A stretch of 64,000 bases of DNA from Octopus vulgaris (taxonomy: Eukaryota): NCBI GenBank assembly GCA_951406725.2, contig OX597830.1, positions 15,128,001-15,192,000 of the forward strand. The letters are read 5' to 3'. This document shows, one piece after another, positions 1 through 13,644 of this stretch. The notes below the pieces were generated by a model. It did no database searches, was not told where the DNA came from, and saw only the letters and a list, made by a program, of their open reading frames with translations. A program made the translations under genes and the position numbers. The number at the start of each line of letters is the position of its first letter. Position 1 is the first letter of the stretch.

Positions 1-39
1 GCAGCCTTGTCCTCGGTAAGATTTTATTTTTATTTATAA

Positions 40-410
40 CAAGCAGTATTGCCCGGCGTTGCTCGGGTTTGTAAGGGAAATAACTATATAAGCATTTTTA
101 GAGAGTTATAGCCAAAAAATAGCAAAAAAATGCATTAAAAATGGAAAAAAATGATGGTAAATTTTTTTTTAAATCGTTGACTCATCGTAGACATTTTTAA
201 AGAGTTACTTCCCTTATATTATAGCGAAAAAATTGCATTAAAATGGAAGAAAATTATGGTAATTTTCTTTTTTAAATACCCAGAAGGGCTCGATATGGAT
301 CACGACTATAAGATACCCGGTTTTGGTTAAACTGCACCGCAAAATGTGGGAGTAGTTAGGAATCTAAATCGTAGGAGACAGACACACAACCTTACTTTTA
401 TATATAAAGA
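40..410 (-). mobile_element. Non-autonomous Helitron-like element (~370 bp)
   Basis: On the minus strand it starts A|TCTTTATATATAAAAG (410). It ends with the subterminal hairpin CCCGAGCAACGCCGGG (67-52), then CTTG|T, one change from CTAG. It is inserted between A and T with no TSD. Confidence 0.75.
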
Positions 411-1007
411 TTTCTGCGACTTTCTATTCCTTTTCTTTCTCTCTACAATCCGCTTTATTTTCTGTTTCCCCCTCCCTCTTTGCTGTCCCCAGTCTATCTT
501 TCTTTCACCCTTTCTTCTACCTTTCGTTCCTTCTCCCTTTTCCTTACCCCCTTCGTTTCTTTCCCGCATCCTCTCTCTTGTCTCTTCTGCCTGCTTATTC
601 CCACGTGACTACAGACCACTTTTTCTCACCTCTGTCTTTTCTGGACGCGACGCATACATAACTGGATGTCATTCTTCTCGCCTCCCGGCATTTTCTTTCT
701 CTCTTTTTTTCACTTCCACTATTTTCTTCTCTTGTATTTATCCTATATCCTTTCAAAACTTCTCCCAGGCGTTACCCATTGCAAGGCGTCTTGGCATAAC
801 GGCCTTTAATGTTTGTCTTCGCCGATTGTTTATTCTGTACGTCCACCCTGGGGTTGTTTGTTCGTTCGAAACTCTAACTCTCCAGAAATTTTATAGTTTT
901 AAAATTTCCGGATGCTACTGTTTAATGATGTTTTCCTATATTGTCGCTGAAAGCTCGAATTAGGGAATAATTAACAGTCGACAACTGAGGAGGGGTTACA
1001 CCTCTTG
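411..1007 (+). mobile_element. Unclassified repeat abutting (TA)n, possibly a Penelope-type pLTR remnant
   Basis: Pyrimidine-rich body that ends directly in the (TA)n tract at 1008. TTGTCG-CTGAAA...TC-GACAA (941-984) resembles a deleted hammerhead. Confidence 0.3.
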
Positions 1008-1070
<63 letters not shown>

Positions 1071-1078
1071 ATATATAG

Positions 1079-1114
<36 letters not shown>

Positions 1115-1124
1115 TCTTTTCTTT

Positions 1125-1336
1125 TTTCTTTCTGTCATTTGACTGCAGCCATGCTGGAACACCGTGTGTAGTCGAGCGAATCGACCTCAGGACTTATTCT
1201 TAGTAAGCCAAGCACTTATTCTATCGGTTTCCTCTTGCCGGACCGCTACGATTTGGGGACGCAAACACATCAACACCGGTTTTCAAGCGATGTTGGGGGA
1301 CAAACACACACACACAAACACACACACATACATACA

Positions 1337-1382
<46 letters not shown>

Positions 1383-1387
1383 TATAT

Positions 1388-1436
<49 letters not shown>

Positions 1437-1553
1437 CGACGAGTTTTTTCAGTCTATAGTAGAAGACACTTACCCAAGGTGCCACGCAGTGGGACTGTAT
1501 TCCGAACCGTGAGCTTGGTAAGCAAGCTAACTACCACACAGCCACACCTGCAC
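1125..1553 (-). mobile_element. tRNA-derived CORE-like SINE, family A, with internal (TA)/(CA) microsatellite
   Basis: Matches the full copies at 7431 and 63575. It has the head GTGGCTGTGTGGTA, a CORE-like CCTTGGGTAAGTGTCTT and the tail CATGGCTGCAGTCAAATGAC. Confidence 0.85.
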
Positions 1554-1555
1554 CC

Positions 1556-1603
<48 letters not shown>

Positions 1604-1734
1604 AATTTTTCAATGTCCGTTTAACTTTAAACACAATTTGTCATAGCACTAATTCATTAATCCATTTTAATCAGTTATTGGACTGTGTTGTCTTAAATGA
1701 TTTAAGATGTTCCATATGAATCAAATGTCTCTCT

Positions 1735-1759
1735 ATGTGTATACATATATGTATGTATG

Positions 1760-1795
<36 letters not shown>

Positions 1796-2041
1796 AGTGT
1801 GTGGACATTCATATATTTGCATATATATGTGCTTGTATGTGTGTGTGTTTGTGTGTAAATACATGAGTTCATACATATATGTGTACATGTAAATGTATGT
1901 ATGTAAATATACGCATGCATATGTATGCATACATGTAGGTGTGCATGTGTGTACATGTGTGTATGTGTGTATTCATATATGAACACACACACACACACAT
2001 ATATATATATGTATATGTAAGTACATATGCATATATGTATG

Positions 2042-2083
<42 letters not shown>

Positions 2084-2113
2084 TATGTATATGTATATGT
2101 ATATATATATGTG

Positions 2114-2201
<88 letters not shown>

Positions 2202-2369
2202 GACACACATCAAGTACTGTCATCCGCATTAGTTTTTTTGCCGTAAGTAATATGGAATAAGATATCTAATGTTCTTTTTGAAACCTTTTAACACTTCCAT
2301 GGTTATTTTAAAGGTTTCATAAAAAGAAACATATATATATAAAGCGCGAGAGCATACACACACACACAA

Positions 2370-2428
<59 letters not shown>

Positions 2429-2972
2429 TACATTCACATAGAGACCTTCAGAAGACACGAATGTGCACATACGCACGTCACACGCATATATGGACGCGTA
2501 CACATATTTACAGATATATTTTGTTGGTGTTTGAGAGATATGTGTGGTTAAGCGTAAGTTCACTTTTTAAAGAAACTCTAACAATAACATGAACCAGGAA
2601 AACATAAAACTGCCAGATTACATCAATGTCTAAAAAAAAAACAAACAAATCTAAGATACGGATTAAGTAAATATTAAAAACTATAGATTATATATGCATA
2701 TATACATCTGAACGTTACACTTCCCATGAATGTTTTCAGACTCTATTATCGATACACACACAGACATACATGTGTATATATATATATATATATATATGCA
2801 CACACACATAAATATATATATATGTGTGTGTGTGTAATTATTTATATGTATGTATATATATATATACATACATGTATATATATAAACATTTTTATAAATA
2901 TATATATATGTATATATAAATATGATTATAGATATACACACATGTGTGTATGTGTGTGTTCATATACTTATA

Positions 2973-3016
<44 letters not shown>

Positions 3017-3033
3017 TATATACATACATATAT

Positions 3034-3129
<96 letters not shown>

Positions 3130-3130
3130 G

Positions 3131-3191
<61 letters not shown>

Positions 3192-3192
3192 G
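1735..3192. repeat. Compound (TA)n/(CA)n/(TG)n microsatellite field
   Basis: Directly visible. It is the source of many spurious YI/HT/CV ORFs. Confidence 0.95.
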
Positions 3193-3669
3193 TAACTACT
3201 GAACGAAAGAAAGAGTTAGAAAGTTTGGTCAGTGCTTGTACGCGCGGCTTAAAGTAGTTTAAGAGGGCGTTGTTTTGGTTTTGAAGAAATTTTTTCGTAG
3301 CTGTGAAAGTATACTCCGGTTTTTATGTAAGTTATCCACAACAGACTGGTGTCTTATCCGGGAATGTCAAGATGTAATCATCTGGTTTAACATATGGCTT
3401 AAGTGTATCGTTTGTACCTTCATGTTTTCTTTTATCGCTTACCTGTTTCGCTAACTGGACTGCGGCCATGCTTAGGCATCGCCTTAAAGGGCTTTAGTCA
3501 ATTAAATTGCCCCCAGTGCTTATTTAGAAAACAAATAAGTCTGACGCTTATTTTATCGGTCTCTTTGGTCGAGCCGCCAAATCTCGTGTGTAAACAAACC
3601 AGCACCGGTTATCAAGTGGAGGGAGCCAGACAAAAACACGCAGACACACAAACACGTGTATGTGTGTGT

Positions 3670-3744
<75 letters not shown>

Positions 3745-3849
3745 ACAAACATGACAGAAGTAAATAGACACCATTATAATCATTAAAAGTTATTTAAATC
3801 TGAAATTATATATTCAAATTATTTATTAATTGTTATAATGTGAATATTT

Positions 3850-4859
3850 AATATTTAGTTGATATTCCCTTTCCATCTTTCAATGCAAGGACCCTATTAG
3901 GCATGTTACAGGTCAGATGACGAATATTCTCTTGCGGGAGTTTCATGCAATAATCTCAAAAGATCTGGCTCTGAAGATGCTTTCTTGTTCTTTTTATGAT
4001 GTGTCCTGCCCCTTATTTCCTAGAAGTGTTCAACAAGGTTCATATCTGGTGGCTGGCTTGGCCATAGAAGCTTTTTAATCCCATTTTCATCCAACAAAAC
4101 TTGGGTCATTTTAGCCATGTGACAAGGATCCCCATCTTCCATAAATAAAGAGTCTTCTTTAATCATTTCGCCACTGGAGAACATTGGAAGGATTCCTTTC
4201 TGCAGTATGGACACATATTTATCTGAGTTCAGGTTTCCATCACACTCCACCAACTCTGATCAACCATTGCTCCAAATTGTTCTCCAGGCCATCACAGAAT
4301 AGCTACCATGTTTCATTGTTAATCACAATCTTTTCACATCAAATTCTTGATCACAGAGTTTGCAGACCCACACTCGGCCACTGTCAGGAAATACAGCAAA
4401 TCTGGACTCATCAGAGAATCTGACAGTGTTCCAAAATGCTAGTGGCCTCTCCACCATCTCACGGGCCCAATCTTTTATTCACTTGATGTTGGCTGGTCGA
4501 AGAAGTGGCTTCCTTTTTGCTGCTCTGCCATAGTAGCCAAGTTTGTAGAGATGCCTGGCAGCTGTTCTGAGACTGACATCAACTTGTTTTGCTATTTCAG
4601 AAGTCTTGCAACAAAGATTATTCTCCACACTTCTCTTAACAAATGGAAGGTTCTTGCCAGAGGGCCCTGATTGATCTGGACGAGGTGATGTGAACTCCTT
4701 CCCTTCCCTGGTGAATGGCACGACCACTCTATTAACCATAGTAAGCGAGATCCTAAGGTTTTCTGAGATCTTACACTGACTATGTCCACCTTCAGATTGA
4801 CCCACAATACGGCCTCTTTGAAATTCAGACAGTTCCAAGGAGGCTTTTGTACATGACAT
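3850..4859 (-). pseudogene. Tc1 DD34E transposase pseudogene
   Basis: HTH N-terminus ([12 protein letters not shown]...[10 protein letters not shown]), FWNTVRFSDESRF, FMEDGDPCH and WPSQPPDMNLVE, with 34 residues between D and E. It contains stops and frameshifts. Confidence 0.9.
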
Positions 4860-4870
4860 GATTAAACAGT

Positions 4871-5135
4871 GTGGAGGCGCGTGGCTTAGTGGTTAGGGTG
4901 TCAGCACCGTGATCGTAAGATTATGGTTTCGATTCCTGGATCGGGTGATGCGTTGTGTTCTTGAGCAAAACACTTCATTTCACGTTGCTCCAGTCCACTC
5001 AGCTGGCAAAAATGAGTAACGCTGCGATGGACTGGCGTTCCGTCCAGCTGGGGAGAACTCATGCGCCATAGAAACCTGGAAACCGGACCCATGAGCCTGG
5101 CTAGGTTTGGAAAGGGCGCATAAAAAAATAAAAAC
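4871..5135 (+). mobile_element. tRNA-derived SINE, family C
   Basis: A box TGGCTTAGTGG, B box GGTTTCGATTCC, A-rich tail, and 11-bp TSD GATTAAACAGT (4860-4870 / 5136-5146). Confidence 0.9.
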
Positions 5136-5267
5136 GATTAAACAGTCACATATAAAAGCTGAAATATAAAAATGTCTATTACTAAAAAAATATAAACCTT
5201 TAGAAGTTAGAATAAACATAAAACGATGTTTTATGGGGTGTCTATTCACTTCTATCGTGTCTGTGTA

Positions 5268-5311
<44 letters not shown>

Positions 5312-6079
5312 GGATAAAATCTTTATAAGAATTTATCAAGTAGTCAGCGTAAAAAAACCTCATGAGAGAAAAAAGCCACCAATTTTTTCACTTAAATATA
5401 TTTATTTATATTAAATAGAGGGCATTACTACACATAAATGACACACGCTAGGAGGGACTCTTAAAGTCAAAACTACTAAAATAAATAAACACATCGTACC
5501 GAACGCAAACCTCTCACCAAACATCCATACTTGCGCTTAAATCCTGAAATATTGCAAGAACATTGTTGTCATTATCGTTAAAAAAGGCATTTCTATATTA
5601 GCAATAATTATCAAAAGCCTTACAAAATAAAAGTAAAAACTATAGTCGCTTGGCAAATCTTGCAAGTAAAAGAACCAGTCATAATCGAAGCTATAGAATT
5701 ATAACTTTAGTTACGGTGGGATTATGGTTGACCCATTCAACCAAAAGATGATCGCAGCAACATCACAACCATCCTTAATTTAATTGTGAATGTTTCACAA
5801 CAGCGCTCATGTTCAGAGTTACAAACACCAAACGAACTCATGGGGTGCTTAAAATCAATTATTCGGCGTATCTTTTATCTTTTATTCGTCTTACTGTTTC
5901 AGTCATTAGCCTGCGGCCATGCTGGGGCACTGCCTCGAAGGGTTTAGTCGAACAAATCCTGGCAATGTTTTCTCCCGCACCGCTAAGTTACTTGGGATGT
6001 AAACAAACCAACATCGGTTGTCAAACAATGTTGGGAAACAAGCATAATGACACGCATATATACATGTTTATATATACAA

Positions 6080-6445
6080 GCCATAAGCAACCCAGGCGGG
6101 AAGGTGGTCTTGATAAGCCACAAAAATTGCAAAACATCGATGTCCATCACTCCAAATGGAGCCCGTCCACGGCTCTAAGGTGTTTTAACACCGGCGACCT
6201 GAGAGTTATGCATTCTGCTACGCCATTGCAGCCACCGGAAAATTCACAAGCCATATACACTCCGTGTGAGCAGTCATCTAAAAGTTTTTTGTGCATCTTG
6301 ATGTTGACATAAGTTCCTTGCGTTTCCTGATGAGAAAGCGGCATAATATACTCCTTATTCCTTCGCAATTAGGAATATGCAACCTTCGAAACATATGTCG
6401 AAAATAAAGGAATTTTGTTAATTCGTCGTTCAACTCCATTCTTTC

Positions 6446-6446
<1 letters not shown>
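6080..6446 (+). mobile_element. Penelope-type pLTR fragment carrying a hammerhead, ending at (TA)n
   Basis: The 3' ~190 bp match both arms of the 27.1-27.5 kb palindrome. It is followed by (TA)n. Confidence 0.7.
6323..6403 (+). ncRNA. Type I hammerhead ribozyme motif (C3-G8 core, GUC site)
   Basis: TTTC-CTGATGA-GAAAGC...ACCTTC-GAAAC-ATAT-GTC-GAAA. Stem III is the palindrome ACATATGT. Stem II has mismatches. Confidence 0.7.
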
Positions 6447-6478
<32 letters not shown>

Positions 6479-6589
6479 TAATCAGCAAGTTAGTCCAAAT
6501 AATGATGCTTCACCAAATGACTTACTAATTAGTAAGGGGTCTACTGATACTCATCAGTCAGGGAAAATATATTTACAACTCGAAGTTCC

Positions 6590-6715
6590 TCAACGGTTCC
6601 ATGTCTCAAAGCCTTATTTCTCCAATACTGACAACGGACGATAAAGCGATACTGGACAAAGTGAAGAGAGTTCTGAAACGATGGCCAGATTGCTTCAATG
6701 GCCACATGAGACAAA
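6590..6715 (+). pseudogene. RTE-clade LINE ORF fragment
   Basis: SPILTTDDKAILDKVKRVLKRWPDCFN resembles the RTE EN-RT linker (PLLS.DG..LITDK..IL.RW.EHF). Confidence 0.55.
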
Positions 6716-6723
6716 ACGAGGGA

Positions 6724-6779
<56 letters not shown>

Positions 6780-7139
6780 AATCTTTTGATGTTCAGTCGA
6801 CACATGACATGAACGAAAATCAGACTAGAAGAATTAACGACTGGATTTTTCTTCTTTTTTCTTCTTTTCTTTTCTTTCTTTCTTTTTTTTTGTGAAATCA
6901 AACTCAGCATTAAGTATTTATACGAAATGGTGGCAATGTTATAAAACATTTCCTTTGTAAAAGTACACAAATTTTATTCGTGCTAACATGTATAGCTAAA
7001 ACTCATTCTGAGAATGAATAAGCCTACTAAATTTTTGCAGTAATAACCACAATATGATAAACATGATAAAAAAGCGAGTCTACCAGATAGAGCTTCTATG
7101 GATTGGAAACCTGAACATCGAACTGCACCAGTGATACTA

Positions 7140-7350
7140 TTGGTTCTAAATTTTGCCACATGGCCAGCAATTTCGGGCGAGTGGGGTAAGTCGAATACAT
7201 CGACCTGAGTTGCTCAACTGGTACTTAATTTATCGATTCCAAAAGGATGAAAGACAAAGCCGACCTCGGTAAAATTTGAACTGAGACGGACGGAATGCCG
7301 CTAAGTATTTTGCCCGGTGTAGTAACGCTTCTACCAGCTCGCCGCACTCA
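7140..7350 (-). mobile_element. SINE family B (variant tail), diverged
   Basis: Shares the GGCGAGCTGGTAGAA head and the GAGGTCGGCTTTGTCTTTCATCCTTT central domain. Confidence 0.8.
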
Positions 7351-7430
7351 CCAGTGACGATATTAGTATTATTACAGTATCACTACTGATCGGTAGAATC
7401 TAGGTGGGATCAAATTACATTTTAAAGAGA

Positions 7431-7604
7431 TTACTCTTTTACTCTTTTACTTGTTTCAGTCATTTGACTGCGGCCATGCTGGAGCACCGCCTTTAGTCGA
7501 GAAAATCGACCCCGGGACTTATTCTATCGGTCTCTTTTTGCCGAACCGCTAAGTGACGGGGACGTAAACACACCAGCATCGGTTGTCAAGCAATGCTAGG
7601 GGTA

Positions 7605-7640
<36 letters not shown>

Positions 7641-7829
7641 AATATATATATATACATATATATATACGACAGGCTTCTTTCTGTTTCCGTCTACCAAATC
7701 CACTCACAAGGCATTGGTCGGCCCGAGGCTATAGCAGAAGACACTTGCCCAAGATGCCACGCAGTGGGACTGAACCCGGAACTATGTGGTTGGTTAGCAA
7801 GCTACTTACCACACAACCACTCCTGCGCC
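7431..7829 (-). mobile_element. SINE family A, near full length
   Basis: tRNA-like head (GGCGCAGGAGTGG...GGTTCAGTCCC), CORE-like domain, internal microsatellite and (GAGTAAAA)n tail. Confidence 0.92.
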
Positions 7830-8696
7830 ATATTGTTTGTATGAAAGAAAAACTACATCAGCAAATGTTGTGCATTTCTCTTTTACTAAACTTGGATTGC
7901 TTTCGAATTCGCGTAGAAGGGAAAAAACCCTTAAAATCGATATGGAGAAAATTATGACAGTTATACGCTAGACCCTAACATTTGTATGAACAGAGCAAGT
8001 TCACTGTTTATTGGAACCATCGCAGGGGTTTCAGATCTGAATGCTCTCCCATTGTCATTTCAGTCAATACAAAATAATGTAGGATAACTTTCTTTATTGG
8101 TCACACAGGGCTGGACACAGAGGGGACAATTACAAATGTAGAGCTTTTCTTTTCGGAGGTGGAAAAGGAAAAAGAAGAAATAATGGAAACAGATGTAAAA
8201 TTTCGATCAAAAGGGATCGGAAGAAAAAAAGCGATCAAAAGGGATCGTGTATCACAGAAAGAAAAAACAATTTTTTTCAAAGTAACAAACAAGATTAGGT
8301 TCATCCGTGGAAAGAAAAGCCTACAGAAAAGACCACGGTAACCTCAGGCAGGGAGGAAATAAACACATGAGAGCAAAGTGCTCTCTCTTTTATGATTTAC
8401 GATCATGCTCAAAACAAATAAAGCACCTATACCATTACTACATGGAAATGAAACTATGTGATCTAATGTGTGAGTGTGTGTGTGTATGTAAGTAAGTATG
8501 TATGTAGGTAGGTAGGTTTGTATAAAAATTTAAGACCAGTTCACATACACTTATGTGACATTTGAACACGTGCAAAGGATTTTCACTGCAGTTTGATTCG
8601 GAAAAAAGCATTCTAGCTTAAGACAGAAAAGTGTTAAAACACTATAGTTAGCTCAAAGCGGCATCTACTTACAAATGCATATGTAACGTCAAACAG

Positions 8697-8968
<272 letters not shown>

Positions 8969-9986
8969 ACGTACATGCATACATTCATATATATCCATAC
9001 CTACCTACATACATACATGTTGGTATCTATGTATATGCATATATATATGTGTGTGTGTGTGGTGTGTGGAGTGTATAAAATGTACGTATAGATGCATAAC
9101 GCGCATATACGTGCATAATCACGTGCAGGTTCACGTTAGTACCTGTGCGTGTACCCGTATGTGTGTTCGTTGTACAGGTGCGTAAGTACTGTTTCCCAAC
9201 AACGGTCTCTTCCATGTGTAATCTGTTTAAACCGACAAACAATTGCAAACTCTGATATACAGGGATAGGTTCGACTTCCTTTCATACACGGCAACGCACA
9301 GAGACCAACAGTTTCCTTAAAATCATTAAAGTTAGCCTTCCTTTATATTTAATATAAATCCATTACTTCATACTTAACTGCCACGAAGTTTCTGCCGTAC
9401 TTATTCAAATAAATATCCTCAAAATAAGTCTCTTTGACATTTCTAGTCCCTAGTTCCTACCTAAACCTAAACGAGAGCAAACCAAACTAGAACAACTCTG
9501 CTTATGTCACTCAAAGCTTGGCATTATGTCCGACCACTCCTCTCTTGCACGAATCTATGATATAATCCACTTTGACAAACAGTTGCAATGTCATGGCACC
9601 AGCAGCCATCTTGTATCTCTGCCTTGCTTCAAAGTGTAGTTCATCGATTTAAGGAACTAATAGTTGCCAGTACACAGTTACCGACTACTCAATCTTTGGA
9701 ATGTAACGAAAAATTTACTACCGTTCTACCAACAAGACTAGCTTAGTTTGTCTTTCCTTTCCAAACCAGATTTCTTTTCATAGATAAAATGGACTTTCTT
9801 TGGCGGCGGTCATTTTGTCCAGCTTTCTAGCCAGAAACACATATACAACATATACAGCAGCAGGCTTCGCTATTCATTTGTCTTGTCATATATTCTATTA
9901 TTTTTGGTCGGTGTAAGTTGACTGAGGTCAACCAAATCGGAGTGATGATACGGAGAACTGCGAGAAAACATATTCACAGATAACAC

Positions 9987-10059
<73 letters not shown>

Positions 10060-10449
10060 CACAACACAACACGACACAACACACACATTTTGTAATTTAA
10101 TCTTTCGTTGTCCTACATTTACACCACGTCAGTGCGACATTCTAGAGAACGTATTATATCGGAATACTGATCCCCCTTTACACACATTATCTGTCGATTG
10201 TATAGATAGCTATATATATATATACACACACATCTGTGTGTGTATGTGTCTGTCTGTCCATGTGTCTGTCTGTCTGTGTGTGTCAGCTTTACTCTGTTAA
10301 TCAAATCCTATAGAGTTTCTAATATCGTAATGTGATTTGGGTTTGAACTATGGTCAATATCTATATGAAAAGAAAAGATGTGTATTAGAGTAAATGGGTA
10401 AGAATCTCTATATGTGCACACAGATACATATATGTATAATGTTATTATC

Positions 10450-10522
<73 letters not shown>

Positions 10523-10809
10523 TAATAATAATAATAATAATGTAATGTCTTACTGGACGTCTCTAACTATAGCGAAAGCTATCCAGTATCGATTCTCCAA
10601 TGAGTTATAAAAGGTATTCCATTTACCCTCAACATTACCGTTCTAATTTTTCCACTGATTTCCAGCCATTCGAGCGAGTGCAGTCAATAATATCGACCTC
10701 AACACCTGACTGATACGTATTTCATCGATCTTGAAAGAAGTAAATAAAAAAAAAAGACAACCTACCTGATGGGATTTGAGCTCAGAATATGAATATGAAA
10801 GAACGTTGC

Positions 10810-11015
10810 CCTTGTGGGTAGTAAAGAAATAGGTATTTCGTCTGCCGTTACGTTCTGAGTTCAAATTCCGCCGAGGTTGACTTTGCCTTTCATCCTTTTG
10901 GAGTCGATTAAATAAGTACCAGTTACGCACTGGGTTGATATAATCGACTTAATCCGTTTGTCTGTCCTTCTTTGTCCCCTCTGTGTGTAGCCCCTTGTGG
11001 GCAGTAAAGAAATAA
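10810..11015 (+). mobile_element. SINE family B, concatemer fragment
   Basis: Tail-junction-body arrangement (AAAGAAATA|GGTATTTCG), ending in GTAAAGAAATA. Confidence 0.85.
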
Positions 11016-11086
11016 TATTATTTGGAAGAAATGCACCCTTAGCACTTTCACTAAATCATATATCGTTCATTATATAAACTGACACT

Positions 11087-11383
11087 CTGTCTGTTTCGAC
11101 GACGAGGGTTCCAGCCTGCTCATGGGATTAACGTGTAAATGGCTGAGCACTCCACTTACACGGGAAACCTTAGCGTAGTTTACAGGGTGTATTCAGCGTA
11201 ATACAGGATGTGACAAGGCTAGCCCTTTGAAATACAGGTACAACTTACTTTTGCCAGCTGAGTGAACTGGAGCAACGTGAAATAAAGTGTCTTGTTCAAG
11301 AACACAAGGTGCCGTCAGGAATCGAACTCATGACCTTACGATCGTAAGCCAAATACACTAACCGCCATACCACGCGCCTTCGC
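11087..11383 (-). mobile_element. SINE family C (long-tail variant)
   Basis: Head GAAGGCGCGTGG. The tail CCTGTATTTCAAAGGGCTAGCCTTGTCACA is shared with 40085 and 49498. Confidence 0.8.
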
Positions 11384-11576
11384 ATGTTCATTAGATAAAG
11401 AACAAGCAGAAATAGCACAGCCCTTGATTTACAGAAATTTGTCTTAAAATCTCTTCGAAATTCAGTTTGCTGTTCATCTTTCCAGATTAGATTAATTAAA
11501 TCGTCAGTTGTATACTTGTACTTAGAAATGACAAATAAAAATTAAATGACACTGATAATTGAGAGGCATTATGTGT

Positions 11577-11823
11577 TTCCTTCTGGAGCCATGCCAGGCT
11601 CATAAGGGCCGGTTTCCCGGCTTCAGTGGCGTATATATTCCCCCACCTGGACGAGGCGCCGATCCGTCGCAGGATTACTCATTTTTGCCAGCTGGGTGAA
11701 ATGGAGCAACGTGGAATGAAGTGTTTTGCTCAAGAACACAACGCGTCACTCGGTCCAGGAATGGAAACCACAATCTTACGATCATGAGTCTAACACCCTA
11801 ACCACTTAGCCACGCGCCTCCAC
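11577..11823 (-). mobile_element. SINE family C
   Basis: Homologous to 4871-5135. The tail GAAACCGGCCCTTATGAGCC is shared with family D. Confidence 0.85.
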
Positions 11824-11886
11824 ATTAAGTTTGCATAGTTGAGATAAAATCAATCTCACATGCATCACTGGACTATATGATATACT

Positions 11887-12298
11887 TATTTCTTTACTAC
11901 CCACAAGGGGCTAAACACAGAGAGGACAAACAGGACAGACAAACGGATTAAGTCGATTATATCGACCTCAGTGCGTAACTGGTACATATTTTAATCGGCC
12001 CCGAAAGGATGAAAGGCAAAGTCGACCTAGGCGGAATTTGAACTCAGAACGTAACGGCAGACGAAATACATATTTCTTTACTACCTACAAGGGGTTAAAC
12101 ACAGAGAGGACAAACAAGGACAGACAAACAGATTAAGTCGATTATATCGACCCCAGTGCGTAACTGGTACTTAATTTGTCGACCCCGAAAGGATGAAAGG
12201 CAAAGTCAACCTCGGTGGAATTTGAACTCAGAACGTAACGGCAGACGAAATACGGCTACGCATTTCGCCCGGAGCGCTAACGTTTCTGCCAGCTCGCC
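11887..12298 (-). mobile_element. SINE family B dimer
   Basis: Head plus two ~184-bp bodies. TSD ATGATATACT (11877-11886 / 12299-12308). The central GTCGACTTTGCCTTTCATCCTTTCGGGGTCGA resembles the Meta-SINE domain. Confidence 0.9.
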
Positions 12299-12495
12299 AT
12301 GATATACTGCCGTTCGACGGACATTTGCAAATATATATTCGCAACGTTAGCAATGAAACCTCAGAGTTCGCAATATAGGGATACCCAGAGGGCTTCTTTA
12401 TCATCATCGACATATTCATAAACAAGCAATGAGTCAGTTAGCTAACGACAAAGATTCTGGGTGATCGTTTGAATGTATACATGCATGTGCGCATT

Positions 12496-12535
<40 letters not shown>

Positions 12536-12614
12536 ACCACCACCACCACCACCACCACCACCACAATCACACACAGATATACCTTATATAACATAACTTA
12601 TATAACTTATATCT

Positions 12615-12835
12615 TTCATTTCTTTCACTTATTAGACTGTGGCCATGCTGGAGCATCGCATTGAAGGATTTCAGTTGAACAAATCGAACCCAGTACCTTT
12701 TCCCTACAAAACCTGTTACTTATTCTAACGGTCTCATTTGCCGAACCGCTACGTTACGTGGACGTAATCACACCAGCACTGGTTGTCCATCGGTGATAGG
12801 GGTTCAAACACATACTCACATACATATACACACAC

Positions 12836-12850
<15 letters not shown>
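12615..12850 (-). mobile_element. SINE family A, 3' half
   Basis: Homologous to the tail half of 7431-7829. Confidence 0.75.
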
Positions 12851-12916
<66 letters not shown>

Positions 12917-13227
12917 TATACATGTGTGGGGGTGTATCTGTGTGCGTTTGTGCGTGTATGTGTGTCTCTTTGTGTGTGTGCTTGTGTGTTTGTGTGTGTA
13001 TGTGTGCGTGTATTTGTGTGTTTGGGTGTGTGAGAGAGAGTGTACAAAAAGCTGCAGAAGCTATATTGATACCGAAAGACAGCAGTGATTATCTGCCGCT
13101 AGCGATAGCTATGATGTGCGCTTAGGCACCAAAAACATCTTATGAGGATATTTCTCTCTTGAAAGTTATCACAGTGTTTGTGAGTTCTCACTCAACTTCG
13201 AATTTTAAGTGTTAAATATCTTACTAT

Positions 13228-13628
13228 ACTTTTTTTACTCTTACTTGTTTCAGTCATTTGACTGCGGCCATGCTGGAGCACCGCCTTTAGTCGAGCAAAT
13301 CGACACCGGGACTTATTCTTTGTAAGCCCAGTACTTATTCTATCGGTCCCTTTTTGCTGAACCGCTAAGTGACGGGGACGTAAACACACCAGCATCGGTT
13401 GTCAAGCAATGCTAGGGGGACAAACACAGACACACAAACACACACATATATATATACATATATACGACAGGCTTCTTTCAGTTTCCGTCTACCAAATCCA
13501 CTCACAAGGCATTGGTCGGCCCGAGGCTATAGTAGAAGACATATGCCCAAGATGCCACGCAGTGGGACTGAACCCGGAACCATGTAGTTGGTTAGCAAGC
13601 TACTTACCACACAGCCACTCCTGGACCT
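13228..13628 (-). mobile_element. SINE family A, full length
   Basis: Near-identical to the copies at 7431 and 63575. Confidence 0.92.
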
Positions 13629-13644
13629 ATATATATATGGAGAG

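Larger units (their letters stand above)
3744..5265 (-). mobile_element. Tc1-family DNA transposon (decayed), inserted in the microsatellite of a family-A SINE
   Basis: ~29-bp imperfect TIRs (CACAAACATGACAGAAGTAAATAGACACC / GGTGTCTATTCACTTCTATCGTGTCTGTG) flanked by TA. Length is about 1.25 kb without the nested SINE. Confidence 0.9.

Noticed and set aside
346-963. 205-aa ORF
   Set aside because: It has an F/L/S-rich low-complexity translation, spans a Helitron boundary and shows no recognisable domain.
3280-3325. TTGAAGA...GAAAGTATACTC with palindromic AGTATACT
   Set aside because: Stems I and II do not pair. It is at best an unrecoverable fossil.
9210-9780. Possible LINE C-terminal remnant on the minus strand
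   Set aside because: The similarity is too faint to name a clade by eye.
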